Assembly (NCBI RefSeq): GCF_964355755.1
Contig: NC_092670.1
Coordinates: 6,624,201-6,688,200 of the forward strand
Direction: 5' to 3'
Origin: Antedon mediterranea
Lineage: Eukaryota > Animalia > Echinodermata
Length of the DNA stretch: 64,000 bases
Shown: piece after piece, positions 30,101-40,895 of the stretch
Numbering within the stretch: the first letter of the stretch is position 1
Layout: every line of letters starts with the position of its first letter
Translations under genes and position numbers: made by a program
Notes under the pieces: generated by a model
The model's database searches: none
Told to the model about the DNA's origin: nothing
What the model saw: the letters and a program-made list of their open reading frames with translations, nothing else

Positions 30101-33100
30101 CTGATTTCTTTGTAAAATATTTTCTGATATTTATTTCTATTATTAACATAATTAGTTATAAAATGTATGAACAGTTGTAGTTCTATTTACGATTATAAAT
30201 TCTTGTTTTTGCTGTTGTATTTTGAAATATATAATGAGGATCTATTCTTTATCTCTTTATATTAGGTCAGTACCTAATCCTAATTCACCATCACCATCAT
30301 GTTTCATTGCCTGTCATATCCGAAAGTGTATTATTCTTCTACAAAGCATTGGCCTAAGACTGTCTAGACCAAAAGCGTATGGCTTTCGCTCTCTGCGGGT
30401 ACAATCAATTATTCCAGGCTACGATTGTGTACTGCATAGTTGACGGGAGGTCTTTTGATATCCATATTTGATGCTTTCTAATATAGGAACTCGGTTTAGG
30501 AGAGCCCGCGTCATCAAAACTACATTATGTTAGGCATTATAGATCTGCTCTAGTCATTATAGTTTAATCTGTATAATTTTAATGTTGTTTTAATCAAATA
30601 AATACATACATAAATACATTGACAGATCGATCAAGAAACTGCATAAAAGTGTGGTTTGAAATTAATCATTCTTTGTATATGACATTTTTTTATTTTACAT
30701 TATTCTCTTCTCACCTGTATTTGTTTGTTGACGAATCCAGACTACCTTTTGCATTTTGAATGTTCTATTATTTTATTTAATTAATTCTACCTCAATTTCC
30801 AGTTTCACGTGATACTGCGCGCGGTACATTCAGATATTATATCATGGCTCTGGGACGATAGAGCATAAAGCATAGCACTAGAATACTTTTACGTTATAAG
30901 TTATGAATATGAATATGAACAGTTACTACATGGTTTGTTTTCATTAGATGAGCAAGATCCAGAATTCATATTTTGTCCTGATAGCATTTTCACAGAAACT
31001 GGTCATAGGTCATCTACTGCACGTGTAAGTTGGGACACTCCTGAAATTGAAGATAACTCGGGTCAAGTGTCACTAGTTGCTTCAACGAGTCCTGGTAGTT
31101 CGTTTAATATTGGTACCACTTCTGTTGTATACACTGCTAGTGATAACAGCAATAACATGAACAAATGTGAATTTAATGTCACGGTTGAAGGTAATAATCT
31201 GGAAATCTTGGAACAATCTGTTTTTATTCTATTTTATTTTATATTTGGTTAATAAAAGATTACAAGTAACTGTACTTAATATTTAATCTGTCCAGATAAA
31301 ACTACGATGATCTAGAATGCAAATAACTTTAGTTGATTAGTTTTGGATTTCCACAGTCAAACAAGGACAACCTATAAACATCGCGCCAACTACTTTATCA
31401 ACAGTCTCTTCCTAAATATAACAAACCGGAAACAAATAATAATAGAAGGCTTAAAGTCGGTAGACGTAATATTATTTTATATTAAATAATATTATTTCTC
31501 AATTTCAGGTGAAGATATTTTATAAATGTATGTTTTTTTTGTTGCAGATAATGAACCACCGGTTTTAGAGTGTCCTGATGACATCATTGATATAGCAACT
31601 ACCACATCTGGAATTGCCATTACTTGGCCAGACGCTAGGTATATTGATAATTCTGGGAAATCTGTTTTATTAAATTCAACAAGTAATTCTGGAGATATAT
31701 TTACCTTTGGGACGCATACCGTAATTTATACTGGATTTGACCAATCAGAAAACAGCGGTACATGTCAATTTGAAATAAAAATAGGAGGCAAGTATTTGTT
31801 TAATGATTAATTTGACGTGAATGTGAAATGTATCAAACAATACTACTACTTAAATAATTACCTTTACACGTAGCATAGTATGGATAAAATAGAGCACAAA
31901 AAAACAAAAAATCAACCTGAAGAATGGAAATAAAGAGTTTTTTCTAATATAACTAAATGAATGTGTTGCTTTCGTAGAGTGAGTACTACTAGCTTTATTG
32001 GACATATTAGAACTTTTCTTTCATTACAGATTCGTGTACTTCTTCACCATGTCAAAATGGAGGAACTTGTGTACAGTTAGAAACGAGCTTTGCATGTAAC
32101 TGTCCTGTATTATATGAAGGCAACTTATGTCAAATACTACCAGGTATGTGCATTTTATTAATTTATCAAAGTCAGACCTTGGCTCAATATTGTATTAGGA
32201 GATGCATGACCTACAAGTTGGCAAAAAAAATAAATGTTAAAATTAATAAATCAAATGTTGTTACATTAATCATATTATATGTATTATACTGTATAATTTA
32301 GGTGAACCAACAGCAGAAATTCAACCTTTTTCACTGAGTGCTAATTTACAAAATACAGTCACTTTCCAGTGTACTGTAACTTACTCAATTAATTGGCGTT
32401 GGTATAAAGACGACATCGAACTCCCATCTGAAACACAAAGCCTAAAGTTCCTCACAATTAATGAAGTTGGTCTGGAAAACCAAGGCTATTATTACTGCAA
32501 AGCATTTGGAGTATCGCCACATGATGACGTAAAAGACATGTCAATGAAGGCAGTCCTTGTTGTTGCAGGTAAACCTATTTTAATAGTAATACGTAAATGA
32601 ATAGTGATCAAATTGCAAAATAGACACGGTTACATGAATTGTGGAATTAAAAGATCTCTAAACCAATTTTCTGCACTGAACTCAATTGACTTACTTTATA
32701 CTTCCATCCAATCGTTATGTCCATGAAGAATTTATGACTAGCCTAGTGCTGCTACTGTATCTGTATTCATTTTACTGTGATGCATTAACTAGACTTCGTA
32801 TCAGAAAAGCTGATATTTTATGTATGTGTATATGGAACATGCTGATTTCAATGTTACATTAAATAATTTATTTTAATAATGTGTTTCCAATTATCCTTAG
32901 ATGCATTTACTGTACCAACAGTATTAACTTTCAAGAATTTACAATTTACGTCTGCATTAAACAACCCTTCCTCGAAAGAATTCAAAAACACTTCAACTGA
33001 AATTGAAAACCTGGTAGGTTTTGTTCAACAATTTATAATTATATGAATATGTTATTTAAAAATATGTATACCACTAAACCTGGACTATTTCATTTTCTTT

Positions 33101-36100
33101 TCGAGTGGTGTCAATATTTTGTAATAATGGCATATAATATGAAAAAGACTTTGTATTTTGACAATTCATGGTGTACAAAAAGCTATTGAAAATCATTTTT
33201 AATAAATTTGGAATAAACTGGAACGTTTCAATTTCAACTGTGTTGGTAGGACACTCCAATAATTATAGTATTGTTAGTAGTGTTAGTGTCAACATAAATC
33301 CATACTCATAAACAATTACAATATTGGTTATTTTTGTGTGCAGTTATTCACCATAACTTTTTTTTTTCTTGTTTTCAGTTAACTGAGAGTATAAGTATAA
33401 CTGATATATTTGTTCAAGTTCGTGCACTACGTTCTGGGAGTGTGATTGCTAACATAAACATATATAAACCAAGTGCAGACCAAAGTTATAATAATTTCAG
33501 CAAAAGTTTAGCAGGAGAATTTAAAAAGATAGGAGATAAAGGAGTTATAGATGCTGATAATATTGTCATATTTAGCACCGGTAAAACTTGTTTAAACTAG
33601 ATTTTAGATTACTAGCATGTAACTTCTCGTTTCCATCCTGATTTGGAATCCTTTCCCAATTGATAGATAACATTTTATAAGATAAAAAAAATGTTATGTT
33701 AACATTTATTTCGTATCTTCTTCCTTTGTATCCTCCATCTGTATACATTAAACACGTTCATTAATTGTTTATTTTTGTTTTTGTAAATTATTTTAATCAA
33801 TAATAAGCATGTATACATTGTTTTTATTCATTAGAGAGTTGCAATATAGAGATAATAGATGGATTAACATTCGGTCCTGCTGATGTCGGTCAGAATACAC
33901 AATCTGAAGAAATTTGTCCAGAATCTAAAATCAACTGTAAGTTGTATGATCGTTTGTGGATTGATCTCTTTTATATAATATGAAATAAAATGTTGATAAA
34001 AAGTGAGGTCCTTGAGGATGAGATGGCACGTTCCTATTACTTCCTGATATTTGTGATGCCGTACTTTGACAGCTTGCATGGGATTAAAATAAGGACACAA
34101 TAGGCTTAGCGTCTTTTAGTTCATATTAAAAATATTCAGATAAAAGATATTACAAAATTTATTACATGGCTGCGGTGAGTTATTAAATTGTTACTGTATA
34201 CCTCACAAAAGTCTGTATTCATCATTGAGCAATATAAATAGTATATTTTGTCATAAACAGATGGTATGCCTCTAGGCTTGTGTACATGCTATAGTGATGG
34301 TCTGTCAGCTGCTGTGTGGCAGAATGTGATTTTGCAAGACTGTGGTAGAGATGCTACATCTGATGAACTTCTAGAAAGGTTAAACATGGTCAGTGAAGAA
34401 AGAGTTACATTGACTATTACAATTGCTGAAATCTAATTGTAAAAAGCTAATTAATAATGAGTTAATAATTTATTTGATTTATTTGATCTACTTACTTTTA
34501 TTTCAACGTGTTTTACTATCTTATTATTATATTGTAATTCATTTTAGATCACAGTTACTGAAGAAAATGCAGAGGAAGTAATTACAGCAGTCAACAACAT
34601 TACAACAACTGAATCAGACACTATTACACCAGAAGGTTTGGAAGCAACTGCAGAAATTATTGAAAGTGTTACTTCTGTAAATTCAACATCTGCTGAAGTA
34701 AGTTTATATTTTTTTAATATACATTGCAGTATAAAATATTACCTTTGTAAACGAGGGTTGTCCATGTGTATTATTATTTCTTTGTTTTAATCTCCGTACA
34801 GGTAACATCAACGTTAGTTGGCACTGTTGCTAGTCTTTTTGAAGTAGACGATGATGTTCTCCTTGAGAGTCAGATGCAAACACAAGCTCCTAGTAGAATT
34901 GTTGAATCCCTTGAAGAACAATTAGCAGTTGTTGATCTTAAAAACGATAAATATGAATTTGTAACCAGCAGCGTAGCAGTGCAAGCTCAAAGTGTTAAAA
35001 CAAATGAACTTGATTACACTGGGATTGGAATCGCATCTTATCAGTCTGCAGATACTAATGCAATAGTAAAATGTGACAGGATTTAGTAAGAAGGATGAGC
35101 TGAATAATGCCGCATCTGTCAGTATTTACATTCCTCCAACAATTACTAAAATGTTTGCAGCCTCCAATGGTAAGTGGTCAAATTGACGATTATTTTGAAA
35201 TACAACATGATCAGGATCATCATTAACGTACTCGTTATTCATAATGAATAATCAACACACAAGCATGACATGACTGTTCCAAATGTTTAAAAGAAATAAA
35301 AGTTTACAAAATACATTGTAATTATAATGTATGTTCAGATTTTTATCAGAAAACATCCCTAATAATGATTTATTTGATTTTTTTTTAAACAGGAACATCT
35401 GATTTTCGTGTGGTTACAGTAATATATAATGACAGTTCACTATTTCCAACAAACCAGTCAAATAATGCAACAAGAACCAATGGTCAGATTATTTCATTGT
35501 CAATACCTGGAGTTAAACTGAACAATTTATCATATCCAATTGTCACAACATTTATACCTGCTGAGGTACGTTTTATTATTATAACCGGCCGGTACATATC
35601 TGTCATTGGGACATGAGCTTAGTGGTACGCATAGCCTTGTTGATTGTATCCTATAGAGTGCGGTTCTCTACTTTCTTGAAAGTTGAGATAATATGCTTAC
35701 AATTATGAAAAGTTTGATCCGACTCTTTCTATGTTACCATGTTTTATTACAAAATAAAAATGTTGATAAATATATTGTATTTCAAGTCTCATTCTGTAGT
35801 CAGCAGATATACTTTTAGTACATCGTAACTAGTTGAAAGCAGGAACATTAGTCGGCCAAGAATTGTTAACATTACCTCATTCATTTTCTAATCATTCTAA
35901 TTTCTTTTTATTTAGATATCTAAAAATAATAATGAGACAGCCTGTGTGTTTTGGGATTTTGAACTTGATGATGGTAATGGTGGCTGGTCAAGTGCTGGAT
36001 GCTACTTAGCTAATGGATCGTTGGATGGCAGTGACAGACAAATTTGTCATTGTGACCATTTAACCAATTTTGCAATTCTTATGGCAAGTTATGAAAGTTC

Positions 36101-39100
36101 TATAGCAAACGTAGCATACATATAATGCATTTTTATGAGTGCTATGATTCAAATAAATTCATGAGGTGAAAGATGAAAGGTGAAGCCAAGATAAAATAGA
36201 ACAAATGTTCATCTGTCACCGAATGAATTTTGTTCGAATTGCTATTCAACAATTCTTGAGAGTGTAGAACAAAAGACGACATTAGATTTTAATAGAATAT
36301 TTATTGAACATCATTAATCATCCAATCAAATTTTTATGTACTTGTTTTGTTCATCTTTTTTTTATTTAACTTCTCATTAACTCTGTTAGTGAAGGATCTG
36401 GACCAACAGGTAAACACCTCTAAAACGGTCAAGTCGGTCCAGTCCCAATTGCACAGTTGCTGTGTGTGACAGTGGCTGTGTTTGTGTGGACTAGTACACT
36501 ACTCGTCTCGAAAGATATACTAGGTTCTTTAAAGTGCACATGAGCTGTGTGTACACTGGACATACGGTTTATATCCGAGAAGTTCTCCATGGTTCTTCCA
36601 CCAGAACCATGGAGCGAGTGAGTGAACCATTGCCGATGTTATGGCTAGGTATTATGGACCGCTCGGCCACTCACTCGCCTGTTATTTGACACTACAGTAT
36701 ATTAGTAAACATATTATAAATCCTTCAATAGTTATACAATGATGAAGTATATTATGATTTTAATAGAATATTCATTGAACATCATCAATCAAGTTATTAG
36801 GTGCTTGTAAATATTTTTTATAGTGTGACACTACAGCGTATTAGTGAAAATAGTATTATGAATCCTTCAATAGGTATACAAAATGCAGTCCAGAAAGGAT
36901 TGAATTATAACAATATTATGGTTTCTCAGCACCAGACTGAACTATAGACAATAGCCCAACTCATATCAAGGCTAGTCAGTAATGGTACCGCTTTATATAA
37001 AATAATTGTATTTTTCCATTTAGAATTTTTATCCAGGTCAAGAAGATACACAGATTCCAAGGTACATCACAAATATTGGTCTTGGTGTTTCAATCGTTTG
37101 TTTACTTGCAACTTTAGTCTCTTTTACAATCAACAGGTAGGATCGAAATTAATTCATAACATTTATCATTACAAGTTGGATTTTGTTTTTTAAAAATTAC
37201 AATGATAATTGGATTTTAATTAGGTAATGACCATACAAAAAGTAGCCAAAACAATAATATTTATGTTTATTAACTTAGGGAAACTTGTTTTCACAATAAT
37301 GTATAATATAGCTAATTATAGTGATCTGCCAATCTTGGTTTTACTCAGAAACAACTCATATACTTACTAAGTATTCAATACTTTTGGTAGCTAGGTTGGT
37401 TTAAATTAAAATACACATTTTTATTGAACTGCATTTTTTTGTATTAATCCCTACTATAGAATAAATCGCAGACTACATCTTAGATTAGGGACAAAATGGT
37501 AATCGTTCTTCATTCGTAAATTTCAACTAATGAAGTTGACTCTATGTTTATAAAAATGAGTTTATATTCTAAAATGATGAGAGCTCCTCCGTGTTTACAA
37601 ACATATAATTTTTTCACAAAAAGTTTTTTGAAATGTTTTGAAATATATTAAATTTATGATTAACTAATTTTTTTTTCAATTTAATTGTTCAAAACTGTTC
37701 ATTCTTCTTATCTTGTTATAAACAGTTCAGTTCAATGTGATGCCAAAACAATATTATACATTTTCAACCTCACAATTCAATCAGGTTAAATTACAGATGC
37801 TGTTTCATTTTTTTTTTTTCAGAAAGCTACGAAAGAGTAAACCAAAACAAATATTATGCCACCTGTGTGTATCACTACTCTGCTTGTATCTGATCTTTCT
37901 GGTTGGGATTGACAGTAAAGATAAAAAAGGTCCTTGTACGGTCATTGCTGGACTGATTCACTACTTTTTGTTGACGTCTATGTTTTGGATGTCTGTGCAG
38001 GCTATTAACCTGTATTACTTGATCGTGAAAGTTTATAATACACACGTTTCTAGGTTTTTCTTAAAAGCCTGTCTTTTTGCTTGGGGTAAGTGTACAAACA
38101 TACAAAATGACAACTATTAGCTAATCTAAACTAACTACATAATAAAAAAGAAGTAATTGATTATGGCAGTTTGTTGTCAAAGCATGTTTTCAAATGGAAA
38201 ACAAGCGTCTCACGCGCTACTCGGTAAATTGATTCACTGGACTTACTTTTTAAGTTATGCATTAGGATGTGTGATTATCACTATATATACATTTATTGTT
38301 TACAGGTCTACCAGCTGTGATTGTTGCTATTACTGTTGGTATTGATGTTGACAATTATGCAAATAAAGAATAGTAAGTTACAACATTTATTTAGAAACAA
38401 TTCAAGAAATAAAAGCAGCATACATTAATTAAAATAACTTAAATGGTAAAATTAAATTGTAATCTATTAATATTTATTAAATATTGAGTAAACCAACTCG
38501 CAGTTTTCCGATAATTCGACTAACCTCATAATTAAAAACGGTTTGATTTATCTGTTAAGTGTACACAACCTTTAACTACAACATATTTTTGAGAACATAA
38601 TATATTGAGTTTCATTTATGGCAAACTCATTTCTCATTTCCTTTTCATATATTTTCATTGTTTGTTACTTCATATTTTCTTTAAAATAAACATATATATA
38701 TTAAATTTAATGTTTTAGTTGTTCTATAATAATAATAATAGAATATACCACTTTAAAACTGCGTGTATTTTGTTTACAGCTGTTTCCTTGTTGTAACCCG
38801 TATGTATTACAGCGTAGCATTACCTATTGCAATCGTATTACTCTTTAATACGATTGTGTTTATTATGGTGTTACGCAGCATAAGTAAACTTGGTAAAATA
38901 ACAGCACAAGCTCACGAAAACAACAAAAGCAGGCACTTACTGCAGAATGCAGCGTGCATATCAGTAATTATGGGATTGACATGGGTTATTGGATTCTTTG
39001 CAATTGGTAGTGCCTCCAATGTGATTCAGATACTCTTCTGTATCCTGAATTCTCTTCAAGGTTTTGCTATCTTCGTTCTGTATTGTTTAAGAAGTAAGGA

Positions 39101-39296
39101 TGTTCGTATTTTCTGGACAGAAGAGGTGCGTAAAAGATTTAACGGGGTGTCTTCAACACTTAGAGGAACCAAAAGTAGCTCTATCAATTCCAGTGCAGGT
39201 AAAACTACTTCATTTGGTTTGAGTTCGTCTAAAGGGATGCAAACAAATTCGGATTCTAAGATCAATTCAAGTAACAACCAAGAATCAGTTGCTTGA
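2864..39296 (+). CDS. Adhesion GPCR (5' end upstream of window): HYR x6, (SMB+CUB with Ser/Thr linkers) x3, HYR x11, EGF, Ig, SEA, HRM, GAIN/GPS, 7TM; one +1 frameshift at 35068-35071
   Basis: About 49 exons with AG/GT (two GC) boundaries and compatible phases. GPS motif [27 protein letters not shown] at 35916-36083. 7TM exons end at TGA 39296, AATAAA near 39669. Inclusion of the SMB/CUB block and upstream HYR exons in one mRNA is inferred from phase-1 compatibility. Confidence 0.85.
3347..3631 (+). CDS. aGPCR exon, HYR domain
   Basis: 285 nt, phase 1-1; [35 protein letters not shown]. Confidence 0.9.
3968..4051 (-). pseudogene. 5S rRNA-derived fragment (pseudogene or SINE3 head)
   Basis: - strand TACGGCTTTACCACGTTGAAACACCGGTTCTCGTCAGATCACTGAAGTTAAGCAATGTAGGGCCTGGTTAG matches the 5' two-thirds of metazoan 5S, then diverges. 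Confidence 0.85.
4186..4437 (+). CDS. aGPCR exon, HYR domain
   Basis: cag|ACGAAGAA...GTAG|gtatg, 252 nt; [30 protein letters not shown]. Confidence 0.88.
5012..5257 (+). CDS. aGPCR exon, HYR domain
   Basis: 246 nt, phase 1-1; [39 protein letters not shown]. Confidence 0.9.
5460..5711 (+). CDS. aGPCR exon, HYR domain (type A)
   Basis: 252 nt; [11 protein letters not shown]..; its 3' part and downstream intron are near-identical to those of exon 24427-24678. Confidence 0.9.
7036..9045. repeat. Second copy of the composite repeat, starting with a (GTCAA)3 tail
   Basis: Direct alignment by eye to 1-1915; AATAAA...(TTGAC)n on the - strand resembles a LINE 3' tail. Confidence 0.8.
9211..9489 (+). 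CDS. aGPCR exon, HYR domain (type B)
   Basis: 279 nt, phase 1-1; [44 protein letters not shown]. Confidence 0.9.
9700..11505 (-). mobile_element. RTE-clade non-LTR retrotransposon, 5' part (UTR, APE endonuclease, linker); RT missing
   Basis: ORF 10231-10857: [23 protein letters not shown]; degenerate continuation to KAAG..IPEVWK near 9720; GC-richer leader at 11000-11500. Confidence 0.85.
12096..12146 (+). CDS. 51-nt Ser/Thr linker exon (related copies 15383-15433, 16851-16901, 18034-18084, 19609-19659, 20776-20826)
   Basis: tgtag|ATGCAACA...AATG|gtaag; [17 protein letters not shown]; open frame and splice sites kept in six copies. Confidence 0.7.
12213..12719. mobile_element. MITE copy 1 (probably PIF/Harbinger-related)
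   Basis: ~50-bp TIRs AGAGAGGTTTCGCAATCTTACGAATACG...CGTATTCGTAAGGTTGCGAAACCTCCCT; flanks AAT/ATT; empty site in the paralogous intron near 16950. Confidence 0.85.
12733..13075. mobile_element. MITE copy 2 (same family, internally shorter)
   Basis: Same TIRs; exact 3-bp TSD AAT (12730-12732 / 13076-13078). Confidence 0.85.
13192..13296 (+). CDS. Somatomedin-B (SMB) domain exon 1
   Basis: 105 nt, phase 1-1; [35 protein letters not shown] matches the SMB 8-Cys pattern; absent from the ORF track. Confidence 0.88.
13426..14760. mobile_element. Foldback/long-TIR non-autonomous element
   Basis: ~300-bp inverted repeats 13426-13725 / 14462-14760 with termini TCTATATATA...TATATATAGA; absent from paralogous introns near 17385 and 20145. 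Confidence 0.85.
15135..15182 (+). CDS. 48-nt linker exon (copies 16615-16662, 17786-17833, 19373-19420, 20541-20588)
   Basis: tttag|ATATTTCT...ACCG|gtaag; [16 protein letters not shown]; conserved in five copies. Confidence 0.7.
15980..16327 (+). CDS. CUB domain exon 1
   Basis: 348 nt; C..I.L...V.LTSPNYP..C.W....I.LTF.DIDLE..CDFLTI..F.TDFS....GF. Confidence 0.9.
17076..17180 (+). CDS. SMB domain exon 2
   Basis: [35 protein letters not shown]; aag|...|gtaag. Confidence 0.88.
18631..18978 (+). CDS. CUB domain exon 2
   Basis: Near-identical copy of 15980-16327, offset 2651. Confidence 0.9.
19834..19938 (+). CDS. SMB domain exon 3
   Basis: Near-identical to 17076-17180. Confidence 0.88.
21253..21585 (+). 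CDS. CUB domain exon 3 (diverged)
   Basis: 333 nt; [43 protein letters not shown]. Confidence 0.9.
21960..22885 (+). mobile_element. 5'-truncated, degenerate LINE 3' end
   Basis: ETYL..FKLR...LPL..R...W....LC.....D...FLF.CPAL...R resembles a decayed LINE ORF2 C-terminal CCHC region; ~110-bp duplication in the 3' UTR; AATAAA near 22875. Confidence 0.6.
22950..24385 (-). mobile_element. Penelope-like element A, 5'-truncated (RT C-half, GIY-YIG endonuclease, degenerate hammerhead)
   Basis: [20 protein letters not shown]; WFRYIDDIF; [14 protein letters not shown]; [16 protein letters not shown]; PVAEHF; several frameshifts. Confidence 0.92.
24427..24678 (+). CDS. aGPCR exon, HYR type A
   Basis: cag|ATCAAGAA...GAAG|gtaag, 252 nt. 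Confidence 0.9.
25655..25722 (+). pseudogene. Internally deleted HYR type-A pseudo-exon (second copy 28607-28674)
   Basis: Starts [20 protein letters not shown], then jumps to the intron sequence that follows exon 27116-27370; 68 nt, not frame-preserving. Confidence 0.75.
25785..26069 (+). CDS. aGPCR exon, HYR type B
   Basis: 285 nt, phase 1-1; [20 protein letters not shown]. Confidence 0.9.
26732..26980 (+). CDS. aGPCR exon, HYR type C
   Basis: 249 nt; [16 protein letters not shown]...DNSG. Confidence 0.9.
27116..27370 (+). CDS. aGPCR exon, HYR type A
   Basis: 255 nt; [24 protein letters not shown]. Confidence 0.9.
27462..27746 (+). CDS. aGPCR exon, HYR type B
   Basis: 285 nt, phase 1-1. 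Confidence 0.9.
28189..28437 (+). CDS. aGPCR exon, HYR type C
   Basis: 249 nt, phase 1-1. Confidence 0.9.
28737..29021 (+). CDS. aGPCR exon, HYR type B
   Basis: 285 nt, phase 1-1. Confidence 0.9.
29311..29559 (+). CDS. aGPCR exon, HYR type C
   Basis: 249 nt, phase 1-1. Confidence 0.9.
29738..29992 (+). CDS. aGPCR exon, HYR type A
   Basis: 255 nt, phase 1-1. Confidence 0.9.
30948..31190 (+). CDS. aGPCR exon, HYR domain
   Basis: 243 nt; [17 protein letters not shown]...[22 protein letters not shown]. Confidence 0.9.
31548..31787 (+). CDS. aGPCR exon, last HYR domain (GC donor)
   Basis: 240 nt; [10 protein letters not shown]..; ends ATAGGAG|gcaagt. Confidence 0.85.
32030..32143 (+). CDS. 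EGF domain exon
   Basis: [35 protein letters not shown]. Confidence 0.92.
32302..32568 (+). CDS. Ig-like domain exon
   Basis: [25 protein letters not shown]. Confidence 0.9.
32901..33580 (+). CDS. SEA domain, exons 32901-33013 and 33379-33580
   Basis: F...L.NPSSKEFK...I in the first exon; LRSGSVIA (SEA G/SV autoproteolysis-type motif) in the second. Confidence 0.8.
33835..34388 (+). CDS. HRM (hormone-receptor motif) domain, exons 33835-33936 and 34261-34388
   Basis: C..E...GLTF....G......CP.....G...C......A.W......C pattern; phases are compatible. Confidence 0.75.
34548..36083 (+). CDS. GAIN domain, exons 34548-34697, 34802-35169 (frameshift), 35393-35565, 35916-36083 (GPS, GC donor)
   Basis: [10 protein letters not shown]; IY...SLF; NGQIISLS; [12 protein letters not shown] with tethered-agonist-like TNFAILM. 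Confidence 0.9.
36383..36684 (-). mobile_element. tRNA-headed SINE
   Basis: - strand start GGCGAGTGAGTGGCCGAGCGGT (A-box); central TTCTTTAAAGTGCAC..ACAC motif like conserved invertebrate SINE cores; flanking CTGTTA direct repeat. Confidence 0.6.
37024..39296 (+). CDS. 7TM region, exons 37024-37136, 37823-38085, 38306-38372, 38780-39296
   Basis: [10 protein letters not shown]; HLCVSL; HYFLL..MFWM; AWGLP; GLTW..GF; LNSLQG - adhesion/secretin 7TM motifs. Confidence 0.93.
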
Positions 39297-40117
39297 TTTG
39301 CGCATGTTTCTAAATTATTATTGGGACCGCCCAATCTCTGTAACGGTGATGGTTTCTGTGATTTTAGGTAACGTTCTGTTCTATATATTATAATCATCTA
39401 AGGTAAACACAAATCAATTTGATTTAGATACACGAGTATAATTGTATCTGGGACCCCGATGTAAACAAACTACTTTTGCTTTAATACTTAATATTAAATA
39501 TTATTAACAATAATAGTTTGCTGTTGTGGTTTATTATGGTCGATTATTACTAATAATTAATATTTTACATCGAATATAATTTATATAGAACTAGATAGTG
39601 TATATTTTAATATTTTTTCGAATATCATCCTTAATTTGAAACTTAATTTTTCCTTTGGATATTTTTGAAATAAATAAAACAAAAATAAATATTAAACACT
39701 CCGCAAAAAGTGAAGAAAGCCCTTATGGTTTTATAATTCGAACTTTTTGTTTTGTATAATATTATTATGCTCATTATTGTAAATTGTGAATGGTTTATAA
39801 AAACACTAGAGATTTTTAATTATGTATTCAGATTTTAGGTACATTTGTTTGAACAATCTAATGTCATATTATTATCATTATTTCAAATAATTTGATAGAT
39901 TAAATAGATAGATTACTAAATCGATATATTACTAACAGCTTATTCCTCAAGGAATCCCGTAATGGATTGCTACTGTAATTAGCATACCAAACATTTAAAG
40001 TAATAATACAAATATATATCTTACAGTATGATTTATATATATATATCGTTTCAAATTAATTAATTAAATTTCAGTATATTACCGGGCGGTTTAGAATTAA
40101 TGTTCTATGCCTGATTT

Positions 40118-40150
<33 letters not shown>

Positions 40151-40155
<5 letters not shown>

Positions 40156-40895
40156 CAATGATGTTGCGTAGCACTGTGTAAATTATATATAAATCATACT
40201 GTAAATTATAGAAACAGTGCTCATATTCCGAACATGATCTCATAATCGCGTCGAGCATAGCTCATTGGCGAAAGTTCCGTATTTTTTAGTTGTATGAAAA
40301 AATGTCTCTGGCGGGATTCGAACCTGCAACCTCTCGCTTACAGGGCGAGTATCATACCACTAGACCACAGAGCCATGTATGGTATTATCACAGATTTTCA
40401 CCCACCAGATACATTCTCTCATACAACAAACGCCCTCACAATCAGTGGAGGCTTAACAAGTCAGAATAAATTCCAACTTTAATTCGCAACGGTTTTTAAA
40501 ATAATATTGTGTATATGTAAATCAATGATGTTGCGTAGCACTGTGTAAATTATATATAAATCATACTGTAAATTATAGAAACAGTGCTCATATTCGGAAC
40601 ATGATCTCATAATCGCGTCGAGCATAGCTCATTGGCGAAAGTTCCGTATTTTTTAGTTGTATGAAAAAATGTCTCTGGCGGGATTCGAACCTGCAACCTC
40701 TCGCTTACAGGGCGAGTATCATACCACTATACCACAGAGCCATGTATGGTAATATCACAGATTTTCACCCACCAGATACATTCTCTCATACAACAAACGC
40801 CCTCACAATCAGTGGAGGCTTAACAAGTCAGAATAAATTCCAACTTTAATTCGCAACGGTTTTTTAAATAATATTGTGTATATGTAAATCAATGA
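40151..40895 (-). repeat. Two 367-bp tandem units plus 11 bp of a third, each with an internal tRNA-like sequence, abutting a ~32-bp (TA)n tract
   Basis: Units start at 40151, 40518 and 40885; near-identical. Confidence 0.92.
40303..40374 (-). tRNA. tRNA-like sequence (pseudo; TGT at the anticodon position), second copy 40670-40741
   Basis: GGCTCTG..TGGTCTAGTGG (A-box)..CTCGC-CCTGTAA-GCGAG..GGTTCGAATCC (B-box)..CAGAGAC, then T6; mismatches in acceptor and T stems, C33. Confidence 0.6.

Noticed and set aside
40225-40280. SECIS- or hammerhead-like hairpin in unit A
   Set aside because: Stems exist, but neither core consensus can be completed.
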